A stretch of 64,000 bases of DNA, taken from contig NC_043001.1 of assembly GCF_006345805.1 (NCBI RefSeq), forward strand, positions 23,994,001 to 24,058,000, given 5' to 3'. Shown here one piece after another: positions 1 through 12,060 of the stretch (position 1 is its first letter; every line of letters starts with the position of its first letter). This DNA comes from Octopus sinensis (Eukaryota). The notes beneath the pieces are model-generated. The model was given only the letters and a program-made list of their open reading frames with translations. It had not been told where the DNA came from and did not search any database. Made by a program: the position numbers and the translations under genes.

Positions 1-339
1 TCCAACTTTTATGATCTCGTCTTTTTTAAAGATGGCGATGTTTCTAGATTTCCATTAACTAATACAGAAGTACGGAACCGTTTCAGTAATAAGGACAGAT
101 TGTAAATGCTTGAAAACGTGTGGGCGGATAGTGCTGGGAAAAATGAATATTTTACAAATTTATAAAGGTGGATGGGTTTACACCAAGCAACATTGATTCA
201 AATGCTATAAAGCACTGGCGAAGGAACTAGATTGTTATAATGTTTTAAACGCTGAAGCACCAAAAGAAGCCACCGAGTTTATAATGTTTTATAATTTATA
301 AAGCTTCTTTGCCTCTTACGGAAAAATTTGTTTTGCTTT

Positions 340-900
340 ACTTTGCAGAGATTTTTTTTATTAGTTGGCAATTCTTGTTTGATTTGTAAGATAATCATTT
401 ATAAATCTAGCATGCAAGGGTAAATTTAATGTTGAGAAAAATTGTCGGTATCAGTAAGCGGTGATACAATTTTGAATTCGGGATTCCGCGAAACTATATA
501 ATACCAACATAGGATTTATAAAATTTCAAAATAGATAAGCCGTTAAATTTGTTTATCATATTAGTTCCATTATAATAAAATAAAAGATATTTGATTGTAA
601 ATGAATTAATTCGGCTTGCAAGGAATCGGGAACCTTTATCTACGAGCAAATCAAAATGGTTTTCAGATATTCGTAGTTCGAGTTTATGATTTTGAAAATT
701 TTGAAATCTCTTCTGAAATTGATTCAAAAGATGAAACGTTGTACTGTATACTCCACCATCAACTCTGATTCTGTAATTTCAATGTTAGAAAATGGACAAT
801 GCGCTGATTTATACTGTTGAGTTCTGAACAATAATATCACCGATTGGCAAGAAAAGAACTAAGCTGATTTAGGCTCCTATATTTCAAACTTTTTAATGCG
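340..900 (-). pseudogene. Decayed hAT (Charlie/SPIN-like) transposase C-terminal fragment
   Basis: Minus-strand frames give LNQFQKRFQNFQNH, then (frameshift) LQAELIHLQSN, LKFYKS and RQFFSTLNL, in the order of the hAT C-terminal/dimerisation region. Stops and frameshifts present. Confidence 0.55.
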
Positions 901-980
901 TAGGTTAATTTGCTCTGCATTATTACTTCGAACCTTTAATTAAAAAAAAATGGTTATTTGAGTAGTGTAATGGGAAGTGT

Positions 981-1282
981 GTGGAGGCACATGGCCTAGT
1001 AGTTAGAGCAGCAAACTCGCGGTCAAGACATCGCGGGTTCGAATCTCAGACTGGGCGATGTGTGTGTTTATGAGCGAAACACCTAAGCTCTACGCGGCTC
1101 CGGCAGAAGGTAATGGCGAACTTCTGCTGACTCTTTCGCCACAACTTTCTCTCACTCTTTCATCCTGCATCTTGCAGCTCACCTGCGACGGACCGGCGTC
1201 CCGTCCAATTGGGGAACCTATACGTCAAGGAAACCGGGAAACCGGCCCTTATGAGCCAGGCGTGGCTCGAGAAGGAACAAAC
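981..1282 (+). mobile_element. tRNA-derived SINE (tRNA-Arg-like head), tail type 1, 12-bp TSD
   Basis: Box A/B-like head (gtggaggcacatggcctagtag...ggttcgaatctc), ACAA-repeat end, TSD aatgggaagtgt at 969-980 and 1283-1294. First ~190 nt align with 62677 and 30185-30511. Confidence 0.85.
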
Positions 1283-2287
1283 AATGGGAAGTGTACTTCT
1301 TATGTTATCACATGAGGAATTTTTTCCGGTGATGTTAATAATTTTGCGAATGTATGTACTACAGTGCCTGTGTTTGAAACTGAAGTGTTGTTGACTTCTG
1401 CGAAACTTCTGTTTCATGTTTCAGTGAGTCGACAAGGCTACCTTGATGTTTGTGAGAATATTTATATTTTGTTCACTGATGTGTGAGTTTCTTGTTTTGA
1501 TAAGAGATAGGTATTGGGGGCAGAGAACTGAAGGACTGTTTGCCATGTGGCAGTTAGATGTGTAGCTCAGTTGATATCTGTTATAGTTAACCTGGCGAGG
1601 TATACGTGTAAGATTTGAACCATACAATGTCAAACTGGTTAATGCGTAGCATAACTTGTTCAGCGTTATTTTCCCGGATCTCTGCTCTCTCACTTCAAAT
1701 CCCACTTGTCATCCTTTCAGAGTCGATAATGTAAAGTACCGCACAAGGCCAGTGAGTTGGCAGCATTGTTAGAGCGTCGGGCAAAATATCTTGTACTATT
1801 TGTTTTGGCTGTTCACATTCTGAGTTCTCGAGTGGTAGACTTAATTCGACACTTCAGCAGATGTTGTTCTATTGCAATCATGCAGACCAGGTCTCTTGTT
1901 TGAAGATAATGTCTTCCTTGCAACCTGCCAGACTTTGAGACCTTGCAAAAATGAAACGTCGTAGATGCAGCCCTTCACTCTGATCAAGCGTTTCAAAATA
2001 TCTAGATCATTTCAGACCAACGATATTAAATAAGAAATGTCAACTCATATAACCATGGTTTGTGCTCTAATTATATTATGAACTGCATTTCACGTCCACG
2101 AAGAGTTGAACGTCCTTTTTCAGTTGACGACACAAGCACAGGTGCACGGTTATGAAGTTCATTTTGCAACCACGTGGTTTCGGGTTCAGGCTTATTGAGC
2201 GGCACCTAGGGTAAGAGTCTTCTACTATGACCCTGGACAGATCAGTAATACCTTGAGAGTGAATTAAGTATACGGAAACTGTGGAGC

Positions 2288-2550
<263 letters not shown>

Positions 2551-2592
2551 TCTGTTTATATGGTATTGGCGGTGGTCAAGTATGTTTATATA

Positions 2593-2754
2593 GGATCAGG
2601 AGTGGCTGAGTGGTAAGTAGCTTGCTTACCAACCACATGGTTCCAGGTTCTGTCCCACTGCGTGACATCTTGGGCAAGTGTCATCTACTATAGCCTCGGG
2701 CCGACCAAAGTCTCGTGAGTGGATTTGGTAGACGGAAACTGAAAGAGGCCCGTC

Positions 2755-2842
<88 letters not shown>

Positions 2843-3075
2843 TGTGTGTATGTGTGTGTGTATGCTTGTGTGTCTGTGTTTTGTCCCCCGAACGTCACTT
2901 GACAACCGATGCTGGTGTGTTTACGTCCCCGTAACTTAGCGGTTCGGCAAAAGAGACCTATAGAATAAGTACTAGGCTTACAAAGAATAAGTCCTGGGGT
3001 CGATTTACTCGACTAAAGGTGGTGCTCCAGCATGGCCACAGTCAAATGACTGAAACAAGTAAAAAGAGAGTAAAA
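2593..3075 (+). mobile_element. tRNA-derived CORE-like SINE (family B) with internal (AT)n(GT)n tract
   Basis: tRNA-like head, CORE-like ttgggcaagtgtc...ctatagcctcggg, internal microsatellite, 3' end gctccagcatggccacagtcaaatgactgaaacaagtaaaa. Many copies in the window. Confidence 0.85.
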
Positions 3076-3106
3076 TGAGAGTATATATATATATATATAT
3101 ATATAT

Positions 3107-3416
3107 AAGTAAATAAATGGAGTTGAACGTAGATGCTATTCAAATTCTTTTACTTTCGATCTACTAACGGATCTGCTAACGGATCTACTAACGGTTTTTT
3201 GAAAATACTTAATAGCGTTCTGTTTATCATTTATGCAGTCATCAAAATTGTTATAATGTCTTGTTGTTGAGGTAGGTTCTCTTTCTTTCATGATGAGAAG
3301 ATTGCATTTTTTTACACCGCTTATTCCTTTGGAATAAAACCAATGTTGTCTTCGAAACATATGTCGAAAGTTTAAGAATTTGAAAAGCATCTGCGTTCAA
3401 CTCCATTTATTTACTT
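3107..3416. mobile_element. MITE with 43-bp TIRs at a TA-rich site
   Basis: 3107-3149 is the reverse complement of 3374-3416 with 2 mismatches; internal 12-bp tandem ctactaacggat. Confidence 0.7.
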
Positions 3417-3624
3417 ATACTACACGAATTACTGCACATGAACCCGGAGCTTCTAACTTTGAATAGGTTGCTACATCCTTGTTACTTGCGTCAATTTTGC
3501 TACCCTGATAACTGTTTATTGAATTTTCCATGTTAACGGTAAACAAAGGATAATTCATTCATCCAACAAAATCTGTTACTCTGAGTTTCTCGTTGCCGTT
3601 CATCAGACAGTTTTTGCTAGCAAA

Positions 3625-3664
3625 AACTGTCTGATGAACGGCAACGAGAAACTCAGAGTAACAG
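3625..3664 (+). ncRNA. Type I hammerhead ribozyme motif (mirrored on - strand at 3573-3612)
   Basis: ctgt-CTGATGA-a cg gcaa cg a-GAAA-ctc a gag-TA-acag: stem I ctgt/acag, complete core, short stem III, predicted cleavage after 3660. Confidence 0.7.
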
Positions 3665-3780
3665 ATTTTGTTGAATTTTCTGCTGCTTTAAATAAAGCAT
3701 ATTACTCTACCACTGGTATTTGAATACACTTTTTCCACCTTGTTTCACATTTATGTGTTTACTCCGGTATATATATATAT

Positions 3781-4872
3781 AATTTCAACAATTGAGGGTA
3801 AAATTAATTAATTATTAATCAATTTCACCAAGTATTCAGTATGCAAAGGGGCCATTTAAGGCGAATTCAAATTATTACATTATATAAAAGGGCTTAGTAA
3901 AATAAATTACTTTGCCACATACTGAACTCATTAGAAATAGTAGCTAAAAAAACTTTTTAAAAACTATTTCTAATACTTAAAGAAAATCTCTCTCATATAG
4001 TGTTTGCTCAATTCAACTCACGAAAGTATGGGGGTAAAGACATTAAAAAATCAAATGCAAAGGTTATTTGAGAACGTACGTTTCTAGATTAGTCAAATCG
4101 ACATTTCTTTCGTCAGCTCAGAACTCCTTGGTTTGGATTTGAAAACACTGAAAGTGGGAGCATACCCTTTCGGCTTCTTATCGCTTCTGAAGATCTGCTC
4201 GAACTATCAGTGCCAGCAAATTCAAAATATGCAAGCGAAGAATTTCTGCTCTCCCCTTTCCACCAGCGTGGGCTAAAATCAGTAAACACTATGCTTTTTC
4301 GGTAAAATCCGAAGCATTAAATAGAGAGAGATGAATTATAATTTCAACAATTGAGGGTAAAATTAATTAATTATTAATCAATTTCACCAAGTATTCAGTA
4401 TGCAAAGGGACCATTTAAGGCGAATTCAAATTATTACATTATATAAAAGGGCTTAGTAAAATAAATTACTTTGCCACATACTGAACTCATTAGAAATAGT
4501 AGCTAAAAAAACTTTTTTAAAAACTATTTCTAATACTTAAAGAAAATCTCTCTCATATAGTGTTTGCTCAATTCAACTCACAAAAGTATGGGGGTAAAGA
4601 CATTAAAAAATCAAATGCAAAGGTTATTTGAGAACGTACGTTTCTAGATTAGTCAAATCGACATTTCTTTCGTCAGCTCAGAACTCCTTGGTTTGGATTT
4701 GATTTTTTAATGTCTTTACCCCCATACTTTCGTGAGTTGAATTGAGCAAACACTATATGAGAGAGATTTTCTTTAAGTATTAGAAATAGTTTAAAAAAAG
4801 TTTTTTTAGCTACTATTTCTAATGAGTTCAGTATGTGGCAAAGTAATTTATTTTACTAAGCCCTTTTATATA

Positions 4873-4874
<2 letters not shown>
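3781..4874. mobile_element. PLE-like unit: ~360-bp direct repeat plus inverted partial copy, between (TA)n tracts
   Basis: 3781-4142 ~ 4340-4702 (offset 559-560); ~4696-4874 is the reverse complement of ~4437-4616. Confidence 0.6.
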
Positions 4875-4915
<41 letters not shown>

Positions 4916-5699
4916 TGATGTGTGGATGTCTTTGTATCTGTATTTGTCATTCTACCACCGCTTGACAAGCGGTGTTGGTTTGTTCAGATCCCGTAACTTA
5001 GGAGTTCGTGAGAAGAGACTAATAGGATACATATCAAACTTTTAAACAATAAGTACTGACATCTATCAGTCCTACTGAAACCCTTCAAGGGGGCACCCCA
5101 GCATGGCCTCAATCTAATGAATGTATAAGAGAAGCGCATTCTACAGACAAAGTAACTGATGTCGCTGGTGGAGTAAAACCTCGATATTATCACAGAATTA
5201 CTATTAATGAATAAACAAGCATTCAACAATCATAAATCACATCATTCCTGCTGAAAATATTCGTTGACATCGGAAAGAGGACACTGAATAGAAAAGCAGT
5301 GACCCTTATTAGATTACTCTGCAACGAAAAACTATAACTGCGCACATAGTTGCTTTTCTTAGGTTGGTGTTACGGCATATAAGAAATAAGGTTACAATCT
5401 CCACCCAAATGTATGAAATTAAGAAATGGAACGGATGAAATGAAAGGCAATCACTAAAAGATTTCCTGAAGCCATCGCATGTGTGAGTTCATCACAAAAG
5501 TTTTCTTCCAGTGAGAGTAATTATTAGCGGAGCGAGGAATGAGCAGCAAAAATGCCTAAAATTATCTCTCACCTTTGTAACAACGCATTGGATACAGTTC
5601 TATATGTAAGAGATGAGGAATTATGTACATTATTTACATTCGACGGATATTTCTCCTCATCTTGTTTGTTGTTAACGCAACGTTTCAGTTGTGACCTGA

Positions 5700-5729
5700 A
5701 CAACAACAACAACAACAATAATAATAATA

Positions 5730-5760
<31 letters not shown>

Positions 5761-5777
5761 TAGTAATAATAGTAATA

Positions 5778-5843
<66 letters not shown>
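5700..5843. repeat. (AAC)n/(AAT)n microsatellite
   Basis: Direct inspection. Confidence 0.95.
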
Positions 5844-5846
<3 letters not shown>

Positions 5847-5894
5847 TCGAAGACTACCTTAGGAATGAGAGCCCAGGTTCGAAATTTCCCCAAT

Positions 5895-5938
5895 ACACCT
5901 GAAGAAGGCTGGAGGGTATATCAGCCGAAACGTTGTGT
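5895..5938 (+). ncRNA. Type I hammerhead motif with palindromic minimal stem III
   Basis: acac-CTGAAGA-a-ggctg(gagggtatat)cagcc-GAAA-cg-TT-gtgt; predicted cleavage after 5934. Confidence 0.7.
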
Positions 5939-6211
5939 TAACAACAAACAAGATGAGGACAAATATCTGTCGAATGTAAATAATGTAAATAATGTAAATA
6001 ATGCATTGGAGGTTTATTTTGGATTATAATCTTGACCTGGATGCCAAAAGCGTAAAATATTGACTGTATCAGGATACCTTTAGCCATGAATTTAGTATAA
6101 GCTTTAGTTCAGTTTTTTTCCAGTCTGTATCACTATACCTGTGTGTGTGTACGTGTGTGTGTGCGTGTGTGTGTGTGTGTATTTACGCACACACACATAC
6201 ATACATACATG

Positions 6212-6251
<40 letters not shown>

Positions 6252-6266
6252 TATACACACATACAT

Positions 6267-6311
<45 letters not shown>

Positions 6312-6316
6312 TACAT

Positions 6317-6350
<34 letters not shown>

Positions 6351-6759
6351 TACACCGAAAAATCTCACATGACTCATATGACGTGAAAAAGTGCAAATGG
6401 ATATGAAAACTAAAAACTAAACTACAGAAATAGTTCGGGATGAAACTAGTGCACAGCAACCTGATGTTAAGAATGAACTTTATGTAAGGGAAAATGGTGT
6501 GTTTAATTTGCAAATCGGCGAAGCGTCTGAGTATGCAAAAACTATGGGAGACGGTGATGGTGCAGCAATGATAACATCTGACTAGGATAAAAACTTACCT
6601 ACTGCCGATAGCTGGAGTTTATAAAAATGACATCGTGTTCATATCGTTTGCATCCTTAACAAATTGAAAAAAAATCCCCTAATTATGCAGTTTAGAAAAA
6701 TGTTAAGCTGCTGTAGTTAGGATGCGTAACTTGATGATGAAGTGGGTTGGGTGGGGGAA

Positions 6760-6824
<65 letters not shown>

Positions 6825-7079
6825 TTTCCTCTCTGGTCATTCTCTCATCAACTTCTTCAAGTATCACTTGAAAAGGAAAGTGAGAGTAGAGAGGTAAGTT
6901 TTGTCTAGCGAATGTTTCAAAAAAAGATGGGTGAATGTAGCAAGGATGGCACGTATGAATGACGAAACCACTTTGAACATAATCCTATGAACCCTGAAAA
7001 ATTCAAAACAGAGAGTTACTTACTTGCAAATAAATGTGTTAACATGTGACATTAATGACCGAGGTTACCGTGGTCTTTT

Positions 7080-7320
7080 CCGTAGGCTTTTCTTTCCATG
7101 GATAAGCCTTATCTGCTTTCCCCTTTACACTTTACATCATGACATTTCTGTGATACACGATCCCTATTGATCGTTTTTGTTTTCTTTTCTTTTTTGTTTT
7201 CTTTTCCTTTTTACGATCCCTTTTGATCGAAAACCTACCTCACCTTTTTTTCCTCCCCAAAAAGAAAACTCTTGTAATTTGTCCCGTCTGTGTCCAGCCC
7301 TGTGTGGCTAATAAAGAAAC
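7080..7320 (+). mobile_element. 3' end of a LINE related to the 12061 element, followed by (TCTA)n
   Basis: T-rich UTR ending gtcccgtctgtgtccagccctgtgtggctaataaagaaa, alignable to the 3' ends of 12061 and SINE family A. Confidence 0.5.
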
Positions 7321-7321
7321 A

Positions 7322-7442
<121 letters not shown>

Positions 7443-8009
7443 GTGTGTGTACGTGTACGTGTGGGTGCGTGCATATGAATCTCCCGTAGACTGGGAGTAA
7501 TTGTTGCTAAAAATCTTGTAACGCGAGATCCTGAAGCACGAAATTTAGTTTCCCTTTAGTTTTCATATTACAAAGTTATGGTCGTTCAGGTGGATATTTT
7601 TGAAAATTATTAGGAAATAAAAGTCGTAATATCATACGTAGGATACGTACCTACCGCAAAAGTTGTTGACAGTTGTTTGTGGGATAGTGGTGGAATGAGA
7701 GTCACTGGGAAGATGAGGGACACTATATACTATGTTACACACCATCATCATTAACGTCTACATGAGGGGCGAAAACCTTATCCAAAGTGGTCTGTTGTTT
7801 GTGGCGTATCATCTCTTTGCGCAGCCCAGTGTAGGAACTGAGCTCATTGTAAATTCATTGTATATTCCTGTATTTTTTCTGCTACATTCACGGGTAGTAC
7901 TATCTACAAAAACTTGCAAATCTTCCTCTTTGAATGCCTACCCATTACAAATATTTTTTGAGGCCAGTTTAAATGGGGTTGGTAGAATATCCGTATATTC
8001 ATCCGTATT

Positions 8010-8500
8010 CACAGCTTGCTATTGTTTTAACAGTATCAGCTCCTCGTTAGATAAACTTTCTCTATGGGACACAAACAACTCAACTACATCATCCTCTATG
8101 ACTTATTCAAACCCAGCATCATTTGCAAGTGCTATATTATCTTTCTGAGTTTGATGTAAAATTTTAAAGCCTGGTCATGCATATTTCCAAGCACCAATCA
8201 AATTTGGTTTCACTTCACACCATAACTCAGGTATGTTAATCACAGTAGCCATTATGTTGAACTTCTCAGATAACTCTGGAGGTTTATCCTTCTTGTCAAT
8301 TGCTTTCATAAATTATTTGAAAGTTCTTTTCAAATAATATGCATTCAAGATAGCTATCAGACCTTAATCAGTCGACTGGAGCAAAGAAGTTGTATTTTGG
8401 GGAATATATTTTATTTTCACATTTTCAGGAACCTAATTTAGGATCACTGATCGACTAGGTGCATTATCTAAATTAAACAATCTTTTGTTGGAAATATTAT
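8010..8500 (-). pseudogene. Decayed pogo/Tigger (DDE_1) transposase
   Basis: Minus strand reads LFNLDNAPS...NVKIKYIPQNTTSLLQSTD*GLIAILNAYYLKRTF, matching the DNAP..P.NTTSLLQP.DQG motif. Confidence 0.8.
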
Positions 8501-9006
8501 GAGTGGCACTGTGTCGTCTATATCAAGTTCGTAAACACTTCGCTATTTGCATCTCTTGAGTCACTAAAATTTCACTCTTTACTCACCCGCGCATATATAC
8601 ATCGTCGTGTTGACATACAACATACGTAACTACAGACATTGCGATCATGCTGGCGCTATCATTGCTGTTTCCAGATGTTTGATCAAGAGTTGGTGATTAG
8701 TAGTGATGGTAACGTTAGTTGTATTAGGTTTTATGTTCGTGGTGGGTATTGTTGGTTGCAGCGACGGTCATGCCGTTCTTGTTGACTGTATTGTTGTTGC
8801 TGCTTGGTCCTTGACCTAACATCACAGACATTTCAGTCAACATTTAAATTCATTAGAATACTATTTTATCTTACCTGATTATTTTTCCTACTTCGGATGA
8901 TGGAGTAGCTCATATTGATCGTACTATTGTCTGTGTTGGTATTGGTCATTAAAGAATTTCTGAATTGTATTGGCTTTAGATAGATAGACGGATAGTTAGC
9001 TAGCTG

Positions 9007-9062
<56 letters not shown>

Positions 9063-9789
9063 CAGAGAGACGCTCACTGTGACTTGAGAAAATATACAGA
9101 AACACACACGCACTAATATTCCAGATATTCACAGTGAAAAATCCACCTTACACTCTATGGTGATGCATACACAAACACTTCCATACACACACATATACAC
9201 ACACATATACACACACACACACACAATTAAACATACACATACACGTATTTATATGTAAGTATGAATTGTGATTATAGTGTTTCAAATTGTTAACTACTTT
9301 GCTGTTAGTTAAAACGCTTTGGCTAAGGAGAAAGTGCAGCGTTTAACTTCTTAAAATTCATTTGAGTTTTCGTACGAGCGAAATTGCAGACCGTATCCCG
9401 AAAGCGTACGTCATATATTCACCAATTTTTTAAAGTACAAAACCACGTAATTTAAGGCGGCCGTAATGCAGGGGATGCCTGTATTGTGTTAATGCGTTTC
9501 GTATTTCTTTTACGTGCAAACTAATATTGTCTCTGACGTGGAGAAAATAAGTAACAGATCTCTGGCGAAAGGTAAGACACTGAGAAAACTAAACCAAGTT
9601 GATATCTTCATCTTAATCACAGAGGGAAAAACCCGTGGTTTATCCATGGCTTAAATATGAGTTTAGCAAAACACACCCGTAAATCTACTATACAATTTTA
9701 ATTACCCTACCGCCGTGCATTAACAAACAAGCACACACACACGTACATATAAAAAAGTACATACACACACAACTGCATTTAAATCTATC

Positions 9790-9837
9790 TATCAAACTAT
9801 ACATACATACACACATATATATATGAATATATATATG

Positions 9838-9894
<57 letters not shown>

Positions 9895-9913
9895 AATATA
9901 TATCTAAACATAA

Positions 9914-9963
<50 letters not shown>

Positions 9964-10030
9964 GTATACATATATATATATAATATATATATATAAATAT
10001 AAATGTAGATATATATATATATATATACAC
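9790..10030. repeat. (TA)n-rich microsatellite tract
   Basis: Direct inspection. Confidence 0.9.
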
Positions 10031-10532
10031 GTACACACACACATATACGTGTGTGTGTGTGTGTGTGTAGAAAATTAAAAGGCGATAGCTATGCAGGTAG
10101 AACATTAAATATAACAAAAAAAATAACAATAAAATAGATATTGAAATGTTACCGTAGAAATATTTAATTAGAGCTGATATTTAGAGTTAAGAAATATCAG
10201 AACTAATTAAACATTTCTCAGGTAACATTTCAATAACTTTATTCTTATTTTTGATATTTAATGTACTATCTGCATAGCGACCGCCGTCTGTGACACACAC
10301 ACACACACACACACACACAAGCGCACGCACACACACACACACACAAATACACACACAAACACAAGCACACACACATACAGTGGAACACGCTCGAACATTG
10401 GAAATCTATAATGAGATATATGTTTTAATTGATACATACACATACATATATGTAAATATATTATATATTAAATATATATGTTTAATATATATATATTACA
10501 CAAATATATACACATATATGTAAGTATGCATA

Positions 10533-10603
<71 letters not shown>

Positions 10604-11137
10604 GTAGACGTACATACAGAAAAGTCTCGATTTAACGAATTAATAGAGGAAAATCTGTCTGTTAAATCGAAGATAAACAGACTAATAAGAGGGGTTGTGT
10701 CTGTTAATACAGTATGTCTGCTGCATCGAAGGTGATGTAGATGCCATTTTGTATTGTTTTAGTAGTAAATTGTTCAGCTCTTGATTACAAGGTTGTGGGA
10801 TCATATCTCGAACCAGCCCACGAGTTTTGTCCTTGAGCAAGGCACTTCATTTAACATTGTTCCAGTCTACTGAAATGTAATGAGTACAGTAATTTCTCCT
10901 TCCAGTTGTCTCAACCTTGATGTTCTACTGGGATCAAGGGTGAGGGAGTTGAAGGGTCTCTGTAACTGCTTGGGACTGTATAAGACCCTAAAACAATTAG
11001 TGAAGCTATGGTGCATGTTACCTAACCGTGTTCGCTCGCAACTGACGATTGGCTGTATTATCATGTATTGTTTTAATATATATGTATATATATTATATAT
11101 ATATATATATTAATATATATATACATACATATATATA

Positions 11138-11214
<77 letters not shown>

Positions 11215-11217
<3 letters not shown>

Positions 11218-11418
11218 CCGCGTGTGTAACGTTGGCGATTTTTTTTCCTCAGTCTTCCCTTCTTTGGATCTTTCCTTTTCCTATGTTTCTGACGAAGAGC
11301 TCCGCTCGTATCGTTAAAACCTCCTTCTATCATCCTTTCCTGAGCGTCCAATAATACTATACTTGTTCCACGTCCGCGTTGTTGTGTTTTCTCTTTGTGC
11401 TTGCATGTTTGGATTAAC
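11215..11418 (+). mobile_element. PLE-like pLTR unit with decayed HHR (11285-11320, GAAA>GTAT)
   Basis: Between (TA)n tracts; gttt-CTGACGA-a-gagc tcc gctc-GTAT-cg-TT-aaaac; homologous to 51440-51665. Confidence 0.65.
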
Positions 11419-11439
11419 TATATATATATATATATATAT

Positions 11440-11815
11440 ATATAAACGGCAGTTTGTCTGTGCGTGTTTCTGTGTGTCTGTTAGGTTGTACCCTCACCCT
11501 GACCACGGCTTTCAACCGATTCTGATGAAACTTGACACACACATAGCCCAATGTCATAATTCAAAACTAACGCAGCGAAAATTTTGAAGAGTTCCCCCAG
11601 TTCTGAAAAAAATCGATAAATTCGACATGGGGTCGAGAATCAGAAACACAAACCACAGACTGTCTAGGGGACGCAACTCGACCTTTTTAACTCTCAAAAA
11701 TAAATTTACCATAATTTTTTTCCATTTTTTTTGCTATTTTTTGTCTATAACTCTCTAAAAATGCTTTATAGTTATTTCCCTTACAAACCCGAGCAACGCC
11801 GGGCGATACTGCTAG
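11440..11815 (+). mobile_element. Non-autonomous Helitron
   Basis: 3' hairpin cccgagcaacgccggg (11788-11803) followed by CTAG|T; 3' ~110 bp shared with 20977-21374. Confidence 0.75.
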
Positions 11816-12001
11816 TATATATATATATATATATCGTGAAGTATATTTACCACTTAAATGTGGCTAACCCCTAAGGGTGGATGCTACTGTAGCTTGTAGC
11901 CCCAGGAGGACACCTCCTCCAGCTGGTTATTGACACACATTCTGTGCCCTATCAGTAGTTACAAAGGGAAGCCATCCTTCCGATCTTCAACCTGTATGAT
12001 G

Positions 12002-12046
12002 CACACGGACTCGAGTTTCTGGGTATTGACCCGTCATCAGCGTGTG
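12002..12046 (-). ncRNA. Intact type I hammerhead motif
   Basis: Minus strand: cacacg-CTGATGA-c gggt caat accc a-GAAA-ctcgag-TC-cgtgtg; perfect 6-bp stem I, GUC triplet, palindromic stem III ACTCGAGT. Confidence 0.8.
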
Positions 12047-12060
12047 ACAATCTCCGGTTA

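Noticed and set aside
981-1060. tRNA gene call (also at 62677 and 17560)
   Set aside because: Heads continue into SINE bodies, two with TSDs; cloverleaf incomplete.
4090-4215. HHR-like strings CTGACGAaaGAAA (minus) and CTGAAGA...GAAC
   Set aside because: Stems I and III do not pair convincingly; at best decayed.
11521-11535. ctgatgaaac hammerhead-like string
   Set aside because: No stem II or closing stem I; lies inside a Helitron.
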